Source of the DNA: a virus | IMG/VR virus record: IMGVR_UViG_3300037149_000100 | Reading direction: 5' to 3' (one strand) | Length of the DNA: 64,000 nt | Shown: piece after piece, positions 39,562 through 49,808 of the stretch | How the letters are laid out: every line of letters begins with the position of its first letter | How positions within the stretch are numbered: position 1 is the stretch's first letter | Position numbers and translations under genes: made by a program | Notes under the pieces: model-generated | The model's database searches: none | Told to the model about the DNA's origin: nothing | What the model saw: the letters and a program-made list of their open reading frames with translations, nothing else

Positions 39562-40167
39562 GTTGGTCTCCTTGGGGAGGTTTCTCAAGTAACCCATAGT
39601 TAGTATTTTCTCAGCACAAAGCAATCTTTGCATTTCAGAGTATTATACTCACAGGAGCTAACATGTCTAAATCGGATACAATCGAACTGCTCAAGACCGC
39701 CAAGGCGGTTCGTATTGGCTACATAGGCGCGGATAGTGCGGTCTATCTGACCCCGGAATTCGCTGCCCAATTGGCCGAAGCGTTGGAGACACCCGAACCC
39801 ATAACCACTGAAACCAAGGGAACGCAGGAATTCCTGGACTACCTAGAGGCCAAGAGTCTGGGCCGGACGGTTGGCAAACCAGTTTGTTGCCAAACCTATA
39901 CCGCCCAGTCTTAAGAGGTAACAATGAGTTGGTTTAGTCATAAGGAACCGGATCAGGTTATGCTGGTTATGCACGATGGGGCACATGTTCTGGTTGCTTC
40001 AGAATGGTTTTGCGATTTACTCTACGCCTCCCCGTATGGCCCTGGAACAGATCTGGGACGATGCGAACTTCTGGTCGGTGGAGCTGTGGATGGGGTGAGC
40101 TATGTGAAGGGATGGAAGCCAGCTTCCCCAAACACTGAAGTTTATTACTGCCGTCTTATTTAACAAT

Positions 40168-40246
40168 GGTCTCGTAGCTTAGCCTTGGACAAAGCACCCC
40201 TCTCCTAAAGGGGAGACCGTGGATTCAAATTCCACCGAGACCACCA
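40168..40246 (+). tRNA. tRNA-Arg(CCT)
   Basis: CCCCT-CTCCTAA-AGGGG; ACCA. Confidence 0.88.
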
Positions 40247-41019
40247 TTTGAGGATTAGAACACATGCCCCTGATACCCGGTCTCCCTCCGTTCCAACGCC
40301 GCCCCAACTTTTCTGGTGGCCGAAGGCATGTCAGCCCTGAAGCTGCCGAACGGGCCGCAGCAAGATTGGCTCAGATGGAAGCAGAGGACAGGTGGTTGAG
40401 TCGGTGGGTTCCTCGGATCTGTTACCTCGTGGTTGGCTTGCTCATAATTGTCGTCGTCGTTGCTGAACATTACCACAACTGAGTATTAGGTTTTGAGGAG
40501 GGTGGAGGATGCTTGAATGGCTTCAGCGTATTTTCATTGGGCATGTTCATTCTTACGAAGTCTACGCTAAGCGAGAGAGGGCCTCCCACGATGGGGATCC
40601 CTGTACGAGTGGTGGAACTGTTTTCACTATGAGATGCAAACACTGCGGCAAGATGAAGCAATTTGACGTTTTCTAAAAGGATTGGCATGGCCATTTTATT
40701 CTACTTAGGGTTTCTGTGTATCACCATCTACCTCTCTGCGATTTGGATTGAGGCCCTCAGATGGCATGGTGGAGTTTGCCGTTGCAGCACCCCCTGGTCC
40801 AGAACTGAGACCCATATGGCAGGCAGGGGCCTATCCTATTTCTGCACCAACTGCCACGCCTCCATCTTGATTTTCCACCCGGTTGATAGAAAGTTCAAGG
40901 GCAAGTATGTGGACTGGCAGAAGATCATCAGGGATGATATCGAGCGAGAGCAAGGGACAATCCCACTTCCAGTATTGAAGTAAACAAAGTCCTCTCAGTG
41001 AGGCAACCTATAAAAGGAG

Positions 41020-42009
41020 ATGCTAGTGAATAGCGACAAAGACGATATCAGCGAAGTCATCGGGACGGATATGAACAAGAATATGCTCAAAAGACCCCAT
41101 AGGGAAGAGGTGAATGACTCTCCTGAAGGAGAGAAGAAGGACAAGCCGGTCGATGTGTCCAGTTGGGCCAACAGCGGCGTCACCTTCTTTGGTGTGGCAA
41201 AGACCTTTGCCACCCTACCCCCCAACTGCTATGAACCCAATATGAGTCAGCAAGGCCCCTACCTGGAAGAGATTCCGCTCAAGACGGACAACCTGCTGGT
41301 GCTGCCGGATGATGCATCGAACGAGATCATCTCGGACTTTGCTGAGTTCTGGACGCTGAAGCCGCAATTCCAGGCCCGTGGGTTCCTCCACAAGCGGGGC
41401 ATTCTGATGTGGGGGCCTCCCGGTTCCGGCAAGACCAGCACTGTCCAGCAGATCATTCAGAAGGTCATCCATGACCTGGGTGGTATCGTGCTGATGGTCC
41501 AGAATCCCAGTGTGGCCGTGGAGTGCCTGAAGATGGTTCGAAAGATCGAACCTGATCGTCCTATCATCACCGTCATGGAGGATCTGGACAGCCTGATCTC
41601 CAAGTACGATGAATCTGGGTTCCTCTCTATGCTGGACGGCGAAGCTCAGGTGGACAACATTCTCAGCCTCGCCACCACCAACTATCCGGAGCGGCTAGAC
41701 CCTCGCTTCATCGACCGGCCCAGCCGCTTCGATGTGGTCCGGAAGATCGACTACCCGTCCGATGAGGCCAGGGAGTTCTACCTGCGCCACAAGGAGCCCA
41801 GCCTGACCGAAGAGGAATTGGCTGCCTGGGTCGGTATGTCAAAGGGCCTGACCATTCCCCATCTGAAGGAAATGATCATCAGTGTCAAGTGCTACAACCG
41901 TGACCTGGATGAAACGGTCAAGCGTCTGAAGAAGATGCACACGAAGAAGTTCAAGGACGGCCAGGGTCTGGGCTTTGCTAGTGCGGAAGACAAGACAGCA
42001 TCACGTTAG
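41020..42009 (+). CDS. AAA+ ATPase
   Basis: KRGILMWGPPGSGKT, VMEDLD, TTNYPERLDPRFIDRPSRFD. Confidence 0.9.
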   Translation: MLVNSDKDDISEVIGTDMNKNMLKRPHREEVNDSPEGEKKDKPVDVSSWANSGVTFFGVAKTFATLPPNCYEPNMSQQGPYLEEIPLKTDNLLVLPDDASNEIISDFAEFWTLKPQFQARGFLHKRGILMWGPPGSGKTSTVQQIIQKVIHDLGGIVLMVQNPSVAVECLKMVRKIEPDRPIITVMEDLDSLISKYDESGFLSMLDGEAQVDNILSLATTNYPERLDPRFIDRPSRFDVVRKIDYPSDEAREFYLRHKEPSLTEEELAAWVGMSKGLTIPHLKEMIISVKCYNRDLDETVKRLKKMHTKKFKDGQGLGFASAEDKTASR

Positions 42010-43181
42010 GGTAGTATGCGAGAGATCATCAAATATACACCAGAAATGGCAGCAGAAGTGCGTCAGAGTCTACAGGAGTGCATTGCCCAATTCGTGGGCT
42101 CCAGGATAACTCCAATGACTCTGACGACTCTTGAAGCTATGATCAAACAAAATGTTGAGAGGGTGTGGGATCCAGTCAAGCACTATGGCCAGCACGTAAA
42201 TCTCAAGATCGAATGTGATCCGGACGACCCATCAAAGGTGCTCATATCCCCGAAGGATATGTACACGACAGTGATTCTTACCGGACAGTTTGATCGGTCG
42301 TATGATGAGATTCTGTTCCTCACCAAAGTGGTTGAGGACTATGAACATCACACCACATACGAATATGAGAACCCTGCTGGGCGCTACCTGTTCACGGTGT
42401 ACCATCTCAAGATCATGGATCGTCTGACCGGAGAGGTGTATATCCTACATGAACCTGAGTCTTGGTTCTTCCCCGTGGAGATCAAATGACCTTACCGTGG
42501 CGAATCCAAGCAACTCCCGAATAGGTGAGTATTATAAGGTAGGAGTTGGTATGACGAAAACCATTTGTAGCAATTGTCAGACTACTGAACAAAAGTGCCG
42601 GTTGACAATGAAGGTTAGGGAAGAACTGTTGAGGTTTATGCATCAACGTAAGTTGGCTATGGACGTAGACCGCCTACTCTATGAGTATCTGGATGCATAC
42701 CCATTCGGTTCTGTTGAAGGGTTCGGCCAGTTTGTCAGAGGGGAAAAATTAGTCGTTCTTCCCAGAAGGCCGGTGCCGACTCGTGTCAAACTCACCCCAG
42801 GCCCAAGCCTAGCCGATGTGCTGGATGAATTGAGAGGAAATCATGAGCGAGAATAAGGATTACAACATCAAGATCCCCCTCACGTTGAGGAAGAGCACCA
42901 AGGGCACCTATGTGTTTGCCAATGAGGAGTTCGGTTTCAGTGGCATCTACGTACCAAAGGGGCTGTTTCCTGAAGGTGCGGTTCCAAACTCAATCACCAT
43001 GACTCTCACTCCCAATGAATGAACGCTGCCCCATCTGTGGTGAACACACCGTCGAACCTCACATCAAAGCGTGGGAGGGTGGGTTTGCCGCAGAAGTGGC
43101 GTATATCTGCACTACATGTGGGATTGTCGGATGGTGGGCCTATGGTTCTTATGATCCGAATATGCCTTTTGGGAATGTCTG

Positions 43182-44081
43182 ATGAGCGAATTTGACGATC
43201 TGCTAGACCATCTGGAAGGGGCCGATGATGAGTCCTTTGCAGAGTGCTGGTCTGTGTCGATGTCTGATGAACGGGTTGCTGAAAGCTTCGCCCAGCACAC
43301 ACCGGAAGAGCAGGAAGAAATTCGAACCTACATCCATCAATGGTGGGTGGATCACAATAAAGCTCAATTCGCCATCCTTATTGTGGATGAGGCTACCAGG
43401 GAAGTGATTGAGAAATACCGGTCCATGTTTGAAGACATTCCAGGGTGGTCAGAATGAACGAGTGGGATGAACTGCTGGAGCATATCGAAGAGCATAAGGA
43501 TGATCCGGTCCCCGAGAGCGAACCTGAACCTGTGCCCCAGGATGATATGTATTGGGCTGAACTGAGTAAAGACCCACATGCCTATGCGATTCGCTTAATG
43601 CAGACCGCTTGGGATCTTCGATTACCTAGAGAAGTGCAGAGTAGGGCAAAGGTGCGGTTGTTCCATCTTTGTTGGGGGGAGCATGAGCGGATGGGATGAT
43701 CTGTTTGAGCATCTGGAAGAAAACCCAAGTTGCCCTGATGTGGTAGTCAGCAGGGGCGATGTCGAGAATGTGGTCGTCCAGTTGATCGTGGAGAACGAAG
43801 AGCGTCAGGACACCTACATCTCCGTGGACGATCTGGTTCATCGACGGCTGGGATTCCAGAACGTAGTGACCCAGCAGGCTACATGGTTTGGCATCTCCAC
43901 AATCCGAGAGATGCGACCATGTTTCATATCAAATCTCATGTGTACCCAACGGGGCCGACAAAAGATAGCCGCATGGATCTCAGCCGGTCGGGTTCCGAAT
44001 ATGAATGAAGAGGACCGCAATCAAATCATTGATCGAATTGGAGAGCCGTTCAGTGCGTTGTTTGAGCCCGATCCTGAGTAA
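43182..44081 (+). CDS. three tandem proteins sharing an N-terminal (E/G)(W/F)D(D/E)L(L/F)(D/E)H(L/I)E motif (43182-43457, 43454-43699, 43683-44081)
   Basis: MSEFDDLLDHLE / MNEWDELLEHIE / MSGWDDLFEHLE. Confidence 0.7.
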
Positions 44082-44567
44082 TAATTTAACATAGGAGTGT
44101 GTATGCCGCATGATGTGAATGGAGAACTAATCTCTGACAACGATATCGTCTGGGTGAAATGTAAGGTGAGTGGAGTATCAACTTCCGAAGAGGCTTGCAA
44201 TGTCACAGTGCAGCCTGTCCTTCCGCCCTGTGGGTCCACCTACAACCCCATCATTGTCCTCAACACCCAGCAGGTAATGAAAAATCCTGGCTGGATTGAT
44301 CCATGGGATGAAGAGCACTAAGATGGAAGTTTGGGAATGCCCCGCTGTGATTGCAGCGGGTAAGATAGCGGCGGAGCATTTGAAGTTTCACAGAAAGATG
44401 ATGAGCGGTGGTATGGCAAAATACAAGGTCGAATGCTTCAGCAGAGGAGCCTGCATTTTTACCGAGACCGTAGAAGCGACCGACGAACATGAAGCCAAGC
44501 ACATGGTGAACAAGATGGCCCTGGACCAGGGGCTCTTCCCAGTGCATTTTGAAGCGGTAGAGGAAAA

Positions 44568-45347
44568 ATGACCAGTATCATCAATGAGGATGCACTCACC
44601 TATCTGCCCTCTATGCCTGCTCAGAGTGTAGATGTGGTTATCACCTCCCCCCGTTATAATTTTGGGAAGAATTACCCTGGAGTTTCAGATAAAACTTCAA
44701 TGGATGACTATTTTCAAGAGATGAGAGAATTGGGTAAAGGGCTTTTGCATGTAATCAAAGAGGAGGGGGTGGTTTTTCTTAATGTAGGTTGTAGAGCGGC
44801 TAATCCATTACATGATGTGAATGTAGCTCAGTGTTTCTTGGATGTTGGGTGGGTTCTTCAAGAACGTATCATATGGCAGAAAGCTGATGAAGAGGGGAAT
44901 GGCCACTTTACTCCTATAAACTCTAATGTTTATCTTAATAATTTGTGGGAGAGTATCTTCCTCTTCTCTAAGAAGGGAAGAGTGGGGCTTGACAGACTGG
45001 CTATAGGAGTGCCCTATAAGGATCAAACCAACATAACTCGATGGAAAAGTGGGAAAACAGTCCATTGTCGTGGGGATATCTGGAAGATCCATTATGAGAC
45101 GATCCAAAGCAGAGATAAGGATAGAGCGGGGCATGAGGCGACTTTCCCTAGGGAATTAGTTATTCGTTGCCTTCGTCTAATGGAGAAAGGCAGGACAGGT
45201 CTTACAATTCTGGATCCTTGTTGTGGGATTGGAACAGTCCCTTGTGTTGCTGAAGAACAAGGGCACATCGGAATTGGCATAGAACTAAGCCCGTGTATTG
45301 CACTAGCCGCTAGGACTAACTTACAGATTAGCCAATCATGCCCATAA
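44568..45347 (+). CDS. beta-class DNA methyltransferase (SPRY variant of SPPY)
   Basis: VITSPRYN, HEATFP, LDPCCGIGT, GIELS. Confidence 0.85.
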   Translation: MTSIINEDALTYLPSMPAQSVDVVITSPRYNFGKNYPGVSDKTSMDDYFQEMRELGKGLLHVIKEEGVVFLNVGCRAANPLHDVNVAQCFLDVGWVLQERIIWQKADEEGNGHFTPINSNVYLNNLWESIFLFSKKGRVGLDRLAIGVPYKDQTNITRWKSGKTVHCRGDIWKIHYETIQSRDKDRAGHEATFPRELVIRCLRLMEKGRTGLTILDPCCGIGTVPCVAEEQGHIGIGIELSPCIALAARTNLQISQSCP

Positions 45348-45535
45348 TTTACGACCCTAATCCAAGTTACCACTACCCTTTCTACTGTTACATCCACATG
45401 CTTCCGGATTGGACACCTTTCTATAAGAAGATGTCAAAATCCCGTAAGGGAGTCCCCAAATCAGAAGAGACTCGAAAAAAGATGTCTGAAGCCCGTAAAC
45501 GAAGAGTATTAAATAACAAAGGAGAAACAAGATGA
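45338..45535 (+). pseudogene. NUMOD3-containing homing endonuclease remnant
   Basis: YCYIH...PFY directly joined to KSEETRKKMSEARK; nuclease core missing. Confidence 0.5.
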
Positions 45536-45797
45536 GCAAGAACGTTATCTGGCCAATCGGCCTCAAGAAGCCCTCGAAGGGGGCGCACTCAGAGCGCCAG
45601 ACATCCCATCGTGAAGGCTGGTTCCAACTGATGGTGCAGACCGCCAATGGTTGGGTCGGTGGGCCGAAGTTCCAAACCCCATGGGTGCCTACCTGCATCC
45701 CCGCTGACAAGGTGTTCAACCAAGCGGAAATGATGAAGCGTAGTTAAAATTGTATTTCTAAGGGGAATTCCCTTATTTGCTTAAAGGAGCAAAACAA

Positions 45798-46382
45798 ATG
45801 AACAAACTTCTCAAGAATGCCCTGGTCGCTGCTTCAATCCTACTGCTAGGGACTGGTGCGGCTCAGGCTCAGACGACTCAATTCGGAGTCCAGGGAACCA
45901 TCTCCTTCCCTCAGTCTGATCTTGGCACTCTGGTCAATAACAATGCAGGGGCCGGGGTGGGAATCAATGCTCGTGTGGATCTGGGCAAGGGGAACTCCAT
46001 CGTTCCTCGCTTGGACTACACCAGATATTCGAACACCACGGATGGTGTTGATGTCACTGCGGATGTGACCTATGTGGGAGTGGACTACAACTATTATTTC
46101 TCCCAGAAGTGTGGAGTAGGCCCTTACGTGGGACTCGGTGCGGGTTTCGCTAGCGTTCACATTGACGCCTCTGACGCCTGGGACTCCTTGTCGGTCAATG
46201 GGTCAGCCCCCTACTATGACTTCAATGCTGGCTATGCGTTCACCCGGCACTCCTCTGTTGAAGTTCGATTGATCAAGGCTACGATTAGCAACTTCACTGG
46301 GAACTTTGATGGCTACAGTGCCTATTCGACTGAGAACTTCTCTGGTCAGACTCTGGATGTGTCCTATATCTACCGTTTCTAA
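45798..46382 (+). CDS. 8-stranded outer-membrane beta-barrel (OmpA/Ail/Lom-like)
   Basis: Signal peptide AAQA; amphipathic strands; terminal YIYRF. Confidence 0.85.
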   Translation: MNKLLKNALVAASILLLGTGAAQAQTTQFGVQGTISFPQSDLGTLVNNNAGAGVGINARVDLGKGNSIVPRLDYTRYSNTTDGVDVTADVTYVGVDYNYYFSQKCGVGPYVGLGAGFASVHIDASDAWDSLSVNGSAPYYDFNAGYAFTRHSSVEVRLIKATISNFTGNFDGYSAYSTENFSGQTLDVSYIYRF

Positions 46383-46400
46383 GCCTTAGCTCAGGCTCTG

Positions 46401-46432
46401 ACCCCAGCATGAAAGTGCTGGGGTTTTTGTTT
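46401..46432 (+). terminator. Rho-independent terminator
   Basis: ACCCCAGCA-TGAAAG-TGCTGGGGT then TTTT. Confidence 0.8.
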
Positions 46433-46594
46433 CGATGAGGTAAAAATTATTCTCGGTTTTTTCTTCTCGATTCGAATCAACCCTGAGTATTATGTAAACG
46501 GAACATAACATAGGCTGGCTCGGTGCCTTCGAACCGGACACTCCATGGACATCCTGTCCAACAGATCCGAACGGATCAACTCAAGGGAGATTAA

Positions 46595-47308
46595 ATGAAC
46601 AAGCTCTACACTCTACTCATCGCTGCGGCGATGCTTCTTTCCATCCCGGCTGCGGCTCAGACCGTCCAGGAGGGTACGGGATTCAACGGCTCGGCCACCC
46701 AGACCAACGGTGCCGTGACCCAGGGGGTCGTATCCTACGGCCTGCCCAGCAGCACCTGGACCGGTGAAACCCTCAACGGCGTCTACGTTGGCTCCTATGG
46801 TGTGGGTGGGTCCCAGGCCGGATACGTGGGCTTCTCCTCCCAGATGACCTCCACCAGCGCAGACGACGAGACCGGCAACGGTTCCGGCTACACCAGCGGC
46901 ACCACCGTGGCCCAGGGCAACCTGATCCAGGGGGCCAACACGGTTGGCTCGCAGGCTAACGGCTCTACTGCCGGTAACGCCAACGTCTACCTGACCTCCG
47001 ACACTGGCCAGAACAGCTACTACATGAATGGCAGCGGCAGCCTGACCACTGGCACCTCGGCCCTGATCGGCAACTTCACCGTGGCAGCCAATGGTGGTCT
47101 CTCTCCCACTAACGGAGCGTTCGCTTCGTCCGCGACCACGGGTGAATTCAACTTCTCCGTGTCCGGTCTCACACCGAACATCGGCTGGCTCGGGAACGGC
47201 TCGACCGTGCAGACTGGTTATTCCCAGGTGTCCAACCTCGGAAACGGCTTCTCCGCCACCAGCACCGCTACCGTCACCTCTACGGCTTGCCCTGTCGTGA
47301 GCAAGTAA
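46595..47308 (+). CDS. secreted Gly/Ser/Thr-rich protein
   Basis: Signal peptide; very low-charge G/S/T/N composition. Confidence 0.65.
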   Translation: MNKLYTLLIAAAMLLSIPAAAQTVQEGTGFNGSATQTNGAVTQGVVSYGLPSSTWTGETLNGVYVGSYGVGGSQAGYVGFSSQMTSTSADDETGNGSGYTSGTTVAQGNLIQGANTVGSQANGSTAGNANVYLTSDTGQNSYYMNGSGSLTTGTSALIGNFTVAANGGLSPTNGAFASSATTGEFNFSVSGLTPNIGWLGNGSTVQTGYSQVSNLGNGFSATSTATVTSTACPVVSK

Positions 47309-47370
47309 GCTAGGCTTTTGCACTACCGGGGAGGGGTTCTACCCTCCCCCCTTTCCCAGGAGATACATCA

Positions 47371-48603
47371 ATGAAACGATTCCTTTCTCTGGCTCTGGCA
47401 GTGTGCATCGGTCCCCTGGCGTTCGCCCAGATCACCACGCCACACACTCCGCTCCAGCCTATCAGCACCAATGGTGCGACCGCCACCTCCACCAACACTG
47501 TGGGTGCCAGCATCAACCAGAACTTTGAGGGCAGTGACCCCACGACCGGTCGCCTCTTCGTCAATCCAGTGCAGCCCTATCAGGCTCCTGTCGCCACCTA
47601 CCTCGGTCCTTGGGCCACTGGGGCAAACATCCTGGATGACCTCCGGACCCTTCCGGAGACCATCACCGTCGAGCAGGCCAGACTCATGTATAACGGGGGG
47701 GTGAGCGCACGGATCAATAAAATGGCCGATGGCTCATACCAATTTCGTTCCGTGCGGCTGCTCCGTCAACTCCCGCTTCGTCCCGTTCTGAACGATGGGA
47801 AGCCTGTCCTCTCGCAGGATGGCCGCTCCTACCTGATGGAGCCGGATGAGTCCCGCTACAAGCGCATGGGCTACATCTTCCTTCAGGGCAACGCCAAGGC
47901 TACAACCTTGGATGTGATCAGCAAGGCTGTGTTGGTCGGCCTGGACAACGGAGCCAACGAACTCTTCCTCATCAAGAAGGTCTCGAACACCCAGACCAGC
48001 AGCACCGGTTGGGGTATCGGCATCGGCTACGTCAGCGGTGGACTCAACGGCAACGAGATGAATCAGTCTCAGGCCGCTTCGGGTGGGACGGGGTTCAACC
48101 ATGCGACCGCCAAGCCCCAGTATACGGAAGGACTGATCGTCCTGGCCCTTCAGGAAACTGATGCGCCTCCTGCTGTTATTCCCCCCCTGCCGGTTATCGA
48201 GCAGCCCAAACCCATCGTGGTCCCGGCTCCCGTAGTTCTGGCTCCGGTTCCCGCTCCTGTCGTAGTCCCCAAGCTGACCAAGCTGACCCTGGATGAGAAG
48301 ATGGTCCACTTTGCCAATGGCAAGGCCACACTGACTCATGAGGGACAGGTCGTGATCGACAAGTTGGCTGCGGATCTGAACGGCAAGTCTGGCTACACCC
48401 TCTTGGTGGATGGCTACACCAGTTCGGTCGGCTCTCCGGCTCTCAATGAGAAGCTGAGCAAAGAACGTGCTGCGGTTGTGAGTGAGGCCCTGGTCAAGGC
48501 CGGTGTGCCCCGTGAATCGATCCAGATGAACGGCAAGACCAGCAAGGATCATGCGGCCAACCGCCGAGTGGATATCACGGTCGCCACGGCTACGATTCAG
48601 TAA
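47371..48603 (+). CDS. secreted protein with C-terminal OmpA-like peptidoglycan-binding domain
   Basis: Pro/Val linker; HFANGKATL...VDGYTS...NEKLSKERA...NRRVDI. Confidence 0.88.
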   Translation: MKRFLSLALAVCIGPLAFAQITTPHTPLQPISTNGATATSTNTVGASINQNFEGSDPTTGRLFVNPVQPYQAPVATYLGPWATGANILDDLRTLPETITVEQARLMYNGGVSARINKMADGSYQFRSVRLLRQLPLRPVLNDGKPVLSQDGRSYLMEPDESRYKRMGYIFLQGNAKATTLDVISKAVLVGLDNGANELFLIKKVSNTQTSSTGWGIGIGYVSGGLNGNEMNQSQAASGGTGFNHATAKPQYTEGLIVLALQETDAPPAVIPPLPVIEQPKPIVVPAPVVLAPVPAPVVVPKLTKLTLDEKMVHFANGKATLTHEGQVVIDKLAADLNGKSGYTLLVDGYTSSVGSPALNEKLSKERAAVVSEALVKAGVPRESIQMNGKTSKDHAANRRVDITVATATIQ

Positions 48604-48910
48604 AAGATTCCTTCATCCGATACCGGTGTCCTTAATTGGATGCCGGTATTAGTTTTGAAAGGAGAAGAATTGTGAGAGTCAAGAGCATGAATCTCCCCGT
48701 TCCCCGCCGTATTCATCCGATGATTCGCAAGCATATGAAGCGGGTCTCTGATTGGCTCCGCAAGGTAGGCTACCGGGCCTACCATTTTGAAAAGCGGGTC
48801 AACCGATATTCCTGAATAGAAGTTTTCGAAAGTTTCTGTCTACAGATTCCCCAAGCAGAGAGTATTACATCATATGGATAAGTTCACGTAGATTTTCTTA
48901 TCAGGACCAA

Positions 48911-48984
48911 GCAGCCGTAATTCATCGGTAGAATGGTTTGCTCTAACCAGACTTAGGCGGGTTCGACTCCTGTCGGCTGCACCA
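48911..48984 (+). tRNA. amber suppressor tRNA (CTA)
   Basis: GCAGCCG/CGGCTGC-ACCA; GTTTG-CTCTAAC-CAGAC; canonical T arm. Confidence 0.88.
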
Positions 48985-49096
48985 TTGTATCAAAATTCCA
49001 AGGAGGACTCGATGTCTTAGACTCGCCCACCCTAACCTGTGGTATGCCCCACTGAACCAAATCGCATCAAGCCATTTCGTCATAAGGAGACATATC

Positions 49097-49765
49097 ATGG
49101 CAACCATCATCGACATCAACGAAACCAAACAGCCTCATGCCCCCCGGTTCACTGAAGAACAGAAAGAAGCGTGGCAGAAGGCGAAAGCCCTTCTCAAGAG
49201 CGGAATGACCAACACCCGTGCGCTTCACATCGCCATGTCCGAACTCCGCAAAGAGAACGGTCGGAAGCACAAGGGTCCAATCGAGACTGAGCCCAAGCGT
49301 GACGGCAAGCTGACCGAATATAAGGCTAAGCTGGTGAGCAGCCAGATGGCCGCACGGGTCGCCCAGTGGAAGGCTTATCTCCGTGATCCTGGGAGCCAGA
49401 AGCTCTTCATCATCGTCCGGAACGACCTCGAAACTTCCCAGAAGGCAGTGCAGGCCAGCCATGCGGCTGCGGAATTTTCCAAGCGCCACCCCCTCGCCCC
49501 TTGGGTCAACGGAACGATGGTCCTGCTGATCCCCGATCAGACCAGTCAGACCTTCCAGCGTTACCTGGAGGCCCCACACAGGCCAGTCAGCCCCACTTAC
49601 CAGCATGATCCTTTCGAGGCATTTTGCCATGACCGCTTCTGGCCGTTCGAGTTCCAGACCGAATGGAGGGAGCCGGATCAGGGTAACCGCATCACCGCTG
49701 TGGCCGTCCTCTCCTGCTTCAACAATGAACTTTGCAGCAAGCAGCATGGAGTGAAGCTCCTCTAA
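49097..49765 (+). CDS. Pth2-like peptidyl-tRNA hydrolase with N-terminal extension
   Basis: KLFIIVRNDL...AVQASHAA...WREPDQGNRITAVAV. Confidence 0.75.
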   Translation: MATIIDINETKQPHAPRFTEEQKEAWQKAKALLKSGMTNTRALHIAMSELRKENGRKHKGPIETEPKRDGKLTEYKAKLVSSQMAARVAQWKAYLRDPGSQKLFIIVRNDLETSQKAVQASHAAAEFSKRHPLAPWVNGTMVLLIPDQTSQTFQRYLEAPHRPVSPTYQHDPFEAFCHDRFWPFEFQTEWREPDQGNRITAVAVLSCFNNELCSKQHGVKLL

Positions 49766-49784
49766 TCTGCGTGAATCAACTGAG

Positions 49785-49808
49785 CCCCGCTTCGGCGGGG
49801 CCTTTTTG
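49785..49808 (+). terminator. Rho-independent terminator
   Basis: GCCCCGC-TTCG-GCGGGGC then CTTTTT. Confidence 0.85.
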
